Assembly (NCBI RefSeq): GCF_052425735.1
Contig: NC_135768.1
Location: 23,250,001 to 23,314,000 of the forward strand
Length of the DNA stretch: 64,000 nt
Direction of reading: 5' to 3'
Source: Oculina patagonica
Lineage: Eukaryota
Each line of letters opens with the position of its first letter. Position 1 is the stretch's first letter. Positions 23,445 to 35,400 of this stretch are shown piece after piece. Under the pieces are notes generated by a model. That model was not told where the DNA came from. It searched no databases and saw only the letters and a list, made by a program, of their open reading frames with translations. The translations under genes and the position numbers were made by a program.

Positions 23445-26400
23445 TTATGCACTAAACGCTTCTTGGCAGGCCATAAGTGCATCCATGGCGTTCGGAGAGA
23501 TCCTGAGATTTTGTAGAGGAATACCAGAGAAGTCGTAATTATAATCCTTGTATGTGACCCATTTTCCATCATCTTCGCCTTTGGTGTGATGCCCGTCGTA
23601 TCTGCACACTCCAGACGAGTCCTGTTACGAACAAAACAAAACTTAAGTACATGTACTGGTGCATTTGAGACGTTGAAAAATTCTGACATTAGAATGCATA
23701 TTCTACAGTTAAAAGGGGCAGCGTGGATTTTTTCCGTAGGTATGGAAAGTCGAGTCAAATCTTCACGTCATAAATCAATTAATTAATTAATGAACGTTAT
23801 CTGGTTATGCGTAGGAAGAGGTTGCCCTCACGTGCCCGAGCCAGGGGGTCGTGTATAAAAACGCACGACAATAATAAGTAAAAAACAAAATTGCGGAGTC
23901 CCTCTAAAGAGACCCCGCAGCGTCACATCAACCCCCAAACGTGCAGTTCACCCTTTACAGGGACTATGTCACGGATTTAACCAGATTTTTGAACCGCCAA
24001 AATTTATATTTGCGTCGCATGAAACCTAAAAATAATAGTAGTCTATTTTTATTAAAAATGGCCATATTAGAGCACTGAATCTGTTAACTATCATCTTTGG
24101 CTGCGAATGGCTCGGATGGAAACGGATTGCAATTCGAAAAAGTTAGGCAAACGTTTTTAAATTGTTTCCGTGCGTCTTCAAAAAATCGATATTTATAGCC
24201 GTAGCTTGATTTCTATCCGCAAATTAAGATTACATCTTCATTTAGATGTTCAAAGATAATGTTTTATATGGTTTAAGTTGCCTACCACTTATTTCAGAAC
24301 AGTTTTGTCCAAAAAACTGTGAAATCCCCGTGACATAGTCCCTTTAACTCTTTCAATGGGTAAAACTCTTTTAACTAATTTGTACTGATCTGTCTGTGGA
24401 TTAAACCCAAATTGTAATTCTAGTCAAAGGAAAACTATTTAACAGTACTTTCATGCGGTACGGCTCACTGTGATCTTACTATTTGGTTTGAGTGAAATCT
24501 TTTTTTTTTAGGGTGTAACCATCCAAACGAAAGCTATTGAGCAGTTCTTTCATGTGGTTCTGTTAACGCCTGATGCAAGGGGTCGTTCTAACGTTTACCT
24601 CAGAAATGGAAACACTTATTGATGAAGTCCCTGAATGGACACACAGCAAATTGACATAAACCTCAGAATTACAAACCTTGTAGACGCGTGTGATGATCCC
24701 TTGATGAAATCTCATTCCGCCGATGTTGTTTCCTTCAGTAGCACCGTAACTTCCCTGAGGAAATAGTACGATGGAATCCACACCGACCTGGTCTTCACTT
24801 GGAATCTTATCGATAGCCACGTCCTGTAACCAAGAGAACACAAAGGTAACGCTATGTGGACATTTTTTGTTGTTGTTTTTCATTGTGTTTGGATGAAAGT
24901 TCTCAGTACTAAGTCTGTGGATGAAGACCCTGTGTGTGAGCATTCAAATGAAAGCTGTTGAGCAGTACTTTCATGCTGTACAAAGTGGTTCTGACTTTTA
25001 AGTTTGTGGACGAACTCTACTGAGTGACTATTTAAAAGAAAGCTTTTGAGACGTATTTTTATGAGGTTCTATATATTATGCTGTACAAGGTGGTTTTAAC
25101 TGTTAAGTATGTCGATGAAACCCTAGTGTGTGACCATTCAAATGAAAGCTATTGAGCAGTACTTTCAAATTTTACTGTTTAATATGTTGTACAAGGTGGT
25201 TCTAACTTTTGAGTCTGTGGATTATTCATAGAAAGCTATTGAATAGTTCGTTCATTTGGTACTGTTTGTTGTGCTGTACAAGGTGGTTCTAACTCTTAAG
25301 TCTGTGGATGAAACCCTAGTGTGTGACTATTTAAATGAAAGCTATTGAGCAGTACTTTCAGGAGGTACTGTTTATTATGCTGTACAAGGTGGTTTTAGCT
25401 TTAAAGTCTGTGAATGAAACCCTAGTGTGTGACTATTCAAACCCTAGTGTGTGACTATTCAAATGAGAGCTATTGAGCAGTACTTTCATGTGGAACTGTT
25501 TATTATGTTGTACAAGGTGGTTCCAACTTTTACTTCTGTGGATGAACCCTACTGTGTGACTATTCAAATGAAAGCTATCGAGACAAACTTTCGTGTGGTA
25601 CTGTTCATTCTACGTAGAAAGTTAAAAGTATCTAGATAAATCCCTTAACTGTGACTATTTACACGAAAGCTATTGCGTTTTGAGCGGAATCCTTATATAG
25701 CAGTTGTACACGAATTGTATACCTTGTAAGACTGAACTTTCCCTGTAGGATCTCCGTCGTCCCAGTCCACAGTGTAAGACATGGTCTCACGGTCAAAGCT
25801 CGCGATGGTCGCTCCGAAGTAAGCCGATCTTTGGTGGTGAGAGATCACGTGATCGCCTATTACAGGCGCGCGGTAACTTCCGGTTTCCTCCTTGAGGCCA
25901 AGCAAAGGTAAAATGGAGCCCCTGGAATTTGAAAAGAATCAATTTAATACACAGAACAGAAAGCGAATCTTGCACGTTTTAAGGTCGCGCAGGACCCTTG
26001 CTCATTAATATATTCATTAGCCAAATTTCTTGTTGGAGTGCTGTCTTGTAAAGCTTTAATTCACTACATTTTGAATATCGATTCCTCTAAAATTTAATAA
26101 GTATACCCAGGGATGATGGAATTACATCATGATTGTCCTTTTACTGAGAGATGACCGTTGTCTGTGATGTTACAAGCCCTTAAAAGTTTAACTGAAGATA
26201 ATGCGATTTTGTGTCCAAGTTTTCAGCTAGCACAGCGCACCAAATTAAATGATTATATAGCCTAGTGATAAGTCGTAACTTCTTTTGTGTTCCCACTAGA
26301 ACGAAATTTTCGATTTCAAAAACTGCTACAAGTTAATGGCTTCTAAGAGAGTAAAAATGTGAAATCTAAACTTTGAAACATGCTATCTTCATTTTGAGAA

Positions 26401-29400
26401 GGAAATTTAAAAATTCGCTCTAGCCAGAACACAATAGAGTACACCAAGTTTATGTTCCTCGCGAATCAACTCTTGAAATTCTATATCGGCGGGGAAAACT
26501 TGGACACAAAATTGCAGGTTTTGAGGCTTCCGAAGACCTTCCGAGTCGATGTTTACAACAACGTGTGCTTTATTTAAAGCTGTGAATCTAATTATGATAA
26601 TTCGCTATGTTCCAGCGCACGGGATGCGAGGCTGAGAACAATACCGTGTAATTACTTGTACAAAGAACTCTGAGAAAAAAATTCTCATGAATATTTCGTT
26701 TGTTGTCGGCTTCAGTCGTCGCAGTTCGTGCATACTCTTTAAATAAATACATACATAATGATTTCAAGGGTCCTGCGCGACCTTAAAATGGATTTCAGAG
26801 ACAAAGCCAAATGCAAATAAAACAATTGTGCTATTGTGCGAATGGAATAGGGGACTCAAAATGGCTAAAAACATATAAAAATGCTTTTTTAAAAGGAACG
26901 TTTTAGTTTAATTTTAAAAACGGGCACCTAAGAACCGTTCCTGTTGTCAGATGTCAGAGCATTCCAAAGCGTGAGGGCTGCCATAGAGAAAGACTTTGTG
27001 CCATAGGTCCTCAAATTAAAAAGGTGATGTAAAAAGATGATTTTTGGATGATGAGCGTAGCAGACGAGATGAAGTAACACCAATACTGTGTTGAAGTAAC
27101 ACCATTCACATTCTCCCAACAGCTTTTTAAAGAAATGTATGGATACCAGTAAGGAGAATCCAGGGATCCATATTCGTTTTTTCTCCAAGTCGTCAGCCGG
27201 GCAAGTATTTAAGACGACATACTTGCCCTGGCAAAATTTTACTTTCCCGCTCAAAAGTGAAGAATGGTGACTGTACAACAAGTTAATGAAAAGTTGACTT
27301 TTTTATGGTTATTACATGTAACACTGTATACAATTGTCATGAAATCTACGAGACAACGTGTCAGTTATAATAAAGTTTGATGCTTAAGTATTTGTTAATG
27401 AGACTTTCTACTAATGTCTACTTTGGCTGCTGACCTATAAAATTTCACTAAACATCGTGCCCCCAAGCGGCTTGTGATGTGGAGCTGGCGGAAGCGGACG
27501 ATGCAGGCACAAATGAAAGCCAGGGCCTCTTTGACTGCCATGACAGAAGAAAAGAACACTTTCGCTCTTCTTGTTCTATTGGTTTGCTTTTCTGAAGCGT
27601 TAACATTACTTTTTTCTTTGCTGGCGGTGCCACACCAAGATAAACAGCGCATTTTGATCAAAACATCAGCTGATGCGATCGCCTCGTGTTTTCACGGATG
27701 CAGCTGCAGTACAAAATATCAGCGGTTGACAGCTTGAAAATTGAGCCTGCGATGATTTCATTCATGGAAAATACCGCATCATCCAAGATGGCGGCCAAAA
27801 TTATGATTTTATCGCGACAGAAAGTTGCAAATTATTCTCTGTTTTCTAAAAGTTACGAATGAACGACAAGTGGTCAGAACGCAGGTAACTCATAAGAAAA
27901 TAATATATTTAATAAATGTTTTTTTTGTTTCATTAAGTCAAACTTAAGTCGTCCAGCGGACGAGTTTTTGTAATGTTTTGGTCGTCCGTACGATTTTTTA
28001 GTCGTCTCGGACGACCGGACGACTGTGAATATGGATCCCTGCAGAATCTGTTTATGTAGTGGGGACTTTCGATCGTTTTAATGGAGTTTCTTACAACATT
28101 TCATTAACATTTAGTGACTCTTTTGAATATCCACAAATGCCCTGGGGTTGGGCATTTGAACAGAAAATCTCAGCAAAGTTCAAATGCCGGCCTATACCCG
28201 GCCTCCCCCTCCTGCGGCTTAACATTGATAAGTGCATGACGTTTTCCTCTAGTGATTACACTGCTTTTGATACTTACTGAATTTCTTGTATTTTTTCCTG
28301 CAACGCGTCCTCTGAAGTGATATCCTGTAAGTTGATTGGTCGGTTCTCTTGGCCAGCCACTAACAAACCCACCACTGTGCTTCTCCAGTCATCGTCTGCG
28401 CCCACGATCACTGGCACCACCGGTTTCTTCAGTGACTGAAAACACGTCATGTAACATACTTAAATTCCAATAACGCAGGAAGAATAAATTTGCCGTTTGA
28501 ATCTTGACTTATTGACTGAAATCAACTTATGGTCGTATTTCTCGTTTGGCGATACACGAGGAAAATATACGACTCCTAAAAAACAATTCACATATTTCAA
28601 AGTCTAATTTAGAAGTACATTGTATTACCGTAAAATTCCAGTTATAAGCCCTGGGCTTATACAACTTCGTAAGGGGTCTTGGGTGGGCTTATAAACGGAA
28701 GGGCTTATATCTGGGAGGGCTTATAAGTCGAATTTAAAAAAAATGTTTTAAAACGCGCCACGGCAGTGAGGATCGAAATACGTCTATAAGTTAAAAAAGT
28801 CAAAATAAAGCAACATTTAGCCCTGTTCAGTACTGCCGTCCAGTAGAGGTGGGCTTATAGCCGAATTGTTTTTTTTTTTTGTTTCCAGGTAGATGGGCCT
28901 ATATCCAGGGGGGCTTATAAGCGGGGGGAGGGGCTTATAACCGGTATTTACGGTATTCTTTGTATTAGGCCTTGTGATATATATAGATTGTGGTGTACAA
29001 AATAACCTCCAGTCTGAATATTTTTCTGAGGAAGAAAGCACCAAAGGTGACAATGAAACAAAAATGAACAAGGGGGTTTGCTATTTTATTTGCCTCTTTT
29101 TCAAAACGAGTCTACGTGCGACACCATTCAAATGAAAATGAGTTGATTTGCATGAAAATGGAGATGTAGGTGAAACTTATTTTCATTTGAATGGTTTCGC
29201 ACGTAGACTTGTTTTGAAACAGAGGCAAAGGGTTACTCGGAAATAACCTATTATGGAATGATTAAGATGGAGATCCTGAACAATTTTGGGGCCTGGGTAA
29301 TATATCTACTGACTATATAGGGAAAGTGCTCTATATGCCTGGTAATAGTTCCTTCGAATGTAAATTTATTAACTGGAAAATCTTGGTTGATTTTCACTAT

Positions 29401-32400
29401 AACCAACTAACAATACATAAACAAATCATTATTTTGTGTTTACCTTGACAGCAAACTGGATTTCCATTCGGCAGTTCTCACTATTTGCATACTGTTTACT
29501 GACAAATGCCAACACTACTTTAGCTTTACCAAGTCCTTCAGCGATCTGTGCGAACTACAGTCAAGATGAAAAAACAATTAAGCGCATACACTAAAAGAAA
29601 CACTGAACTGAGTTTGATAGATCGACAGTGTTGTCAGAAACTTCATTCTATGATTAGTCCCGATCCTAAGAGTTCTCGGCTCAAAGAAGTCTGGGCTCTA
29701 TCGTGGGCGGTGACATCACCAAAGAGCACCCGCCCCAATGCCCCAAATGTCCCCAAAAAGCAGCAATGCTAAATACCCTCCAGACTCTTTAATAAAGGTT
29801 TAGTTGTTGTTGTTGTTTGTTGAAATGGCGAGAAGATCGCCTTTACGTGTACGTCACGACCAACTTAAGTTTTTTGAAGGTTGCGATGAAGTTTTCTTTT
29901 CTTTTTTTTAATTAAAAAACTATTGTTGTTGTTGTCTTAAGGTTGGTTCTCGTATGATCGCCCCAATCGTTTCTATCGCATCGATCGTTTGCAACATAGT
30001 TAGTAGAGGGGACTAACTATGTTTGCAACAACTGAGACGATCGTATGTGATGGAAGAGATCGGGGTTCTCATATAATCGTCCCGATCGCCTGGTATGAGC
30101 GAAGACCTACAAAATACAATCATTTTAGCTCTAGATCCAGCACAATGACAGCTTTCAATAAAAGAGCAAAACTTGTGGACTTCTATGTTCCAGTTATTGC
30201 AGTTTTACGGCTAAGAAGGGAAAGAGAAGCTAGAAGGATAGAAGGCGGGCGATTCAAGCGATCGTGATCGCCCCAATCGCCGCAGCCGTTAGCGATCATC
30301 TGTGCAATGTTATTAAATAATCGCGCCGATCGCAAGAAAACGTTTTGAAGTGACAGAGGCGATAGAAATGGTCAGGGCGATTATATGAGAACCAGGATTT
30401 ATGACTGTGTTATTAATGCACTTACCATGCCTAGTGATTCATCATTCTGATTAGTTGTTTTAAGCCGATCTGTGTCAATCCATAAAGAGAACTTGTTGTT
30501 CTTAGCCAGGCCGGCGTGAACTTTCCTGGGATCAGCAAACGATGATCCAATGAACTCTTGTACCTGATGACGTAACAGTGAGCACTTGTAACAAAACACT
30601 AGAAACTTTATAAACTACAATATCATGATCATTCTTATAAAATATCAATAGCGGATTTCTTAAGCAACGAACCCTTTTATAACGATCATTATTAAATAGA
30701 GTAATCTTAGAGCGGTTTTCACTTGAGTGTCGAAAGTAATTCCGTTTGTTTTTGTTTTGCATTTATATACTATGCTTAGTGATTGGCTAAAAAAACCCCG
30801 CGCCACTATCTCAGCCAATCAGAAGTAAAACCAAAACCAATCGTGTCTCGCTAGCGCACGTTTTCCCGCACTTCGTGTCGGCTACATGTATTTGCGTAGA
30901 GTTTTCATTGGTTCACTGGATTGTCTGCTTTTGGCTTTACGACACTCAATCGAAAATCGCTCTATATACGAGTTTTTTGACTGGGATTTTATGTTATCTT
31001 TAACTACTTTAACTACTTTCGTGGGAGGCGTGGTAGCCTAATGGTTAGTGCGCCGGACTCCGGATCGAGCGGTCCGGATTCGAGGCCTGGCCGGGGTCAT
31101 TGTGTTGTGTTCTTGGGCAAGACACTTTACTCTAATAGTGCCTCTCTCCACCCAGGTGTATAAATGGGTACCGGCGACATAATGCTAGGGGGTACCCTGC
31201 GATGGACAAGCATCCCATTCAGGGGGGAGTAGAAATACTCCTAGTCGCTTAATGCTATCGAAACCGGGATAAGCTCCGGCAGAATGGGCCACTTGGCTCG
31301 AGGCTTCCCCCTTTTTTTAACTACTTACTTGTTTGGATTTGTGTGCCTTTTCTGAATTCGTCCAGCAGTAGCTGATGAACACATCAGCTGGGCCCAGCAG
31401 CCTAGTTGCTGCAGGAGTAGCTTCTGTACTTTGTAAGTCTACGAAAACGAATTATAATATAACGTCTATAAACATTTGGCTGCAGCAATACATTTTTACA
31501 CAAGGAATAATTGATACTACTGCTGCCCCCGCTGCTATTTGATCCTCTTTTCAGCGCATTTTTTTACTACAGTAAGTTCTTTCCCTCGATATTTTGGCTT
31601 TTCTGTTTGCTCAATTGGTTGAAATTTAGCTTTTTGTTTCGGAATTTTTTTCAATAGCTCGTTGGCAGCTCGTGTTTTCTAATTCTCGTGTTGATAGAAC
31701 ATTACAAGGTTTCTGGCCTTCTCTTCTTCAAGATGGGAGGAGGACGTGCGATTTAAAACAAAAAATTCAGGATGAACTTGCAAAGCCTAGTTAATTAATA
31801 AACAAAATAAAGCGCAAATGCGATAACCCTGAAATATAAATGATCACGGAAATTTAATTACAGGAACGCGACCGCGACATCTTGACAATATTTTGCCGTG
31901 CTTTAGCTTATTTTTGATGAAATGAGTGACCTAAGTGAGTGTAGAATTAAGCAATAGTCAAAAGTTTTAAAACTCAGACTTGAGACCAGAAGTTTAAAAA
32001 AGATTTTTGGGCTGGGCGTCCAAGCAAAAATGACCAACTTGACAGCTAAGTCTAAAGGATGCCGAAAGATCTCTTCTCAAATTCGGCAAGTCATCTTGCA
32101 AATCTCCTCTGGTGGTGGATTTATCAAATCTTTTACCGGTACAAGTAGTTTGCGTCTGGCTAATCGCGGTTTTGGACTGACTGCTCTTGGACAAATGAAT
32201 TCAGTTAACTGCAGTAAGTTGGTTGTTTGCAGCTTACACGCGCCTGCTACGAATCACCCAATCAGAATACTAGGTTTCTTAATCTTACGTTGCTATTAAC
32301 CAATCGTCGAACAAAGATTTGATCACACCTCCCAATACTCCGTGCGAGCCCGCTTTATACGCGCCGGGACTATAAGGATGCCTCCCTGCGGGTGGCGAAA

Positions 32401-35400
32401 TCTAATCAATACCTTGTACACTTCCCAATCCATCAGGAACTTTTATCTGAGGAACACTCTTTTTGACAGCTTTTAGCAGCTCGGTCATTTTGGCATCCTG
32501 TACGTCCTTGTTGCTAAAGTGAATGTAAATTTCACCAGCGATAAGCAGCCCCACAACCGTCATCATCCAATCAAATGATCCGCTACCAACAACAACTGGA
32601 ATAACCGGTTTTTTAACAGTCTTCTTCGCGTACTGAAACTCTTGACGGCATATTTCATCCCTGCAAGGAAAGAAAGATGATCAACTCTGAGTTTCTTACA
32701 ACTTTTTTCAGTGTTCTCGGGAGTGGGGGGGGGGGGGGTGCTTAGGGGTGTAAATTATGAAGTTCAAATTTGCACGCAAGTCAACGCAATTTTTTCACAG
32801 TTCGGCCACCCAACGCAAGTGAACACATTTTTGCAATTTACTTCAAATACTGAATTGCACCTCGTAGCATTTTTAATGACTTTTTGCAAACTTGCGTGCA
32901 CACTAGAGAGTAAACTTGCGAGTCCGTATGGCCACCCAACTCAAGTCTGTACGCTCGTGTCATGTTGAATAATTTCTTCACTATTTATCACCGAGCTTAA
33001 ATTTACCATCTTTATTATTTACTACACATTTGATGATTTCGACATTGCTGATCCTAGCAGTATGCAGGACGCGTGTTACATATCAACCTAGTAAATGGCC
33101 CAGCTCACAACGAGTCTCTCGTAGCTCAGTTGGTTAGAGCGCCCAACCGGTGTCTGGGAGACCATGGGTTCGATTCCCGTCGGGGACTCGGATTTTTTCT
33201 TTGTCCCACGCTCGTGTCATGTTGAATAATTTCTTCACTATTTATCACCGAGCTTAACATTTACCATCTTTATTATTTACTACACATGTGGAACTTGCGA
33301 CCACTTGCGTTCCCGTTTGGTTAGTCCTCGAAGTCTTATGTAAAGGGCCCTAGGGAGCCACGCTTTCTTTTTTTTACATGCAGGATTTTAGGTATTATAA
33401 TTCTCATGTAGCGTGTCTAAACGAAACAGGTCACCGTGAAACTTCAAATTAACAATTGGTTCATGCTTAAGCATGTATCGCGTTATGGTGCACACAGTTT
33501 GGAGAGCCCAACCGAGAGCAACTCTAGCTCTTTGAGTGCTCTACAAACCTTCCAAGTGCACCATAACTCAATAGTCCACAGCTACAGTAAAAGCATGAAC
33601 CAATTACCCCATAAGCATCCCTGTCTGTTTCATATGGGAGTCCCTACTGGGGAGTGGATAATTTCTCATGTAGTTATTTGCTGAACCTTAACAGCATAAA
33701 ACTTCTATCACGGCTATGACATACCAAAATCACTACTTGTTCACTGTACTTACTGGACATATTCATCGCTGAGACAAGCCACAAACACCTTTGCTGTGTT
33801 AATCTGTTGCACAGTTTCAATCAGTGAGTCAGTCATTCGTTTTTCCTGATTAACCTTGGCCCCATACCCCTCCAGCTGACACCGGATGTCACGTGGATCG
33901 CAGATACTCGACATGATCGCTTCATCATAACTGGGCGGAGCCTCAGAAGGTGGCAACTCACAATTCCTTATGGCAGAAGGGCTGTTGGCCTGTTAATCAG
34001 ATAACAGATATTTTATTCACCTCTTTACAGCCAGTATTTTTGTGCAAAGATCCAATTTATGGATAGCAGCTACTGTGCACACTTTGGTACATGTGGTTAG
34101 TGAGGGGTGGGGAGGGTCGGGGTGTGACAGGAGGGTGGGAGCCCAGGAGAAAAGGGGTGGGAGGCGGGAAAGGAGAGGGTAGGAAGTGGGAGTCCAAAGG
34201 TGAAAGAACCAGGAGAAATTATACATGAAGAATTCATTGAAGTTTAACCATATTCCCATGCCATCGCACTTTTTCTTTTTTTGTATGTAATTTCTCAACC
34301 TCCTACCTTTCCTATTTAATGGTCCATACTAATCAGTTATAAAAGACTTTCTAAAGGCCCGTTCCAACATTAATTTCCCCATGTTGGTTTGTCACTCGCT
34401 CCTGACATCAAATTTGCCTTTTGAGGGTCGCGCTTGAGCAGCAAAAAAGAGGTCAACTTGAAGCAGGTCTACACACTGTACATGTATGTACAATTGTACT
34501 GTTCATAAATATATAGAACACAAATTTACAAACCTTTGTGTAAGAAATGAATATATCGCATGGGTTAATTCCACCGTCTACAGAGTTTTGTTGCTGATTA
34601 TTTCTTGCTGGCTCAGAGTCTTGAGCTGACAGAATGTCCAGTACATTGGGAGAGATGCGTAATTGAGAAAGCTCCATTCCATAAAAGTATAAACTGTAAC
34701 CCGAGTATGTGACCCACTTGTTGTCTAACTCTCCCTTAGTGTGTATACCGTCATAAACCTTCTGGCCTCTGTCACCATAATACACCTTAGTTATCCTTCC
34801 CTAAGTTAAACAAAATAATACAACTCATCTTCAGAATCCTTTTAGAAGAAAATTTTATTGTAAATACTTTACTCTCATGCTTCTAAAAAAGACCTATGCC
34901 CCTCATATGGAAGGCTTTTCAACACAAGTACCACTATAATATACCTCAATTTGGCATTTAAAACCTCCCACCCCCTCCCCCTCTTGCAACAAGAAACTCT
35001 TAAGAGCTTAAAACTGCGCTGGTCATGTGACCACTCAAGGGGAGCCATGTGGGGGGAATAAAAAATGCAGCCCCCCCCCCCCACACTATCCCCATTATGC
35101 GCGTCAAACTATGTTGTGACTGACAAACAGAATGATAAGAAAGACCTTGTGTGACATTTCATGGTTGACTAGTTCCATCTTAGTTTATGCTAATGCTGGC
35201 CAAATTCCCACGATCCCACGACGAAACGTCACTCAAGACAATAACAGAAGTTAATATGAGACCTATAATGTTCCGCCTGACTACAGACAGCAGATGGAGA
35301 GCAATTAATGTCTCAGTTATTGTTAGTACTATAGACCTTTTCATTTTGCAAAGGTCCATAACAGGGAGACGACCTTAAGGTAAGGTTTGGCCGTACCATG

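Noticed and set aside
24900-25610. Regular repeats that could suggest a CRISPR array
   Set aside because: Contiguous ~97-bp tandem units with no unique spacers, no cas genes, and a eukaryotic intronic context.
27395-27737. Short ORFs inside the CAGGGATCC element (e.g. MAPPAKKK...)
   Set aside because: Possibly a decayed transposase N-terminus, but frameshifted and without a diagnostic motif.
33112-33189. Functional tRNA-Thr(GGT) gene
   Set aside because: No U33, mismatched stems, a GGT anticodon atypical for eukaryotes, and it is embedded in a repeat unit.
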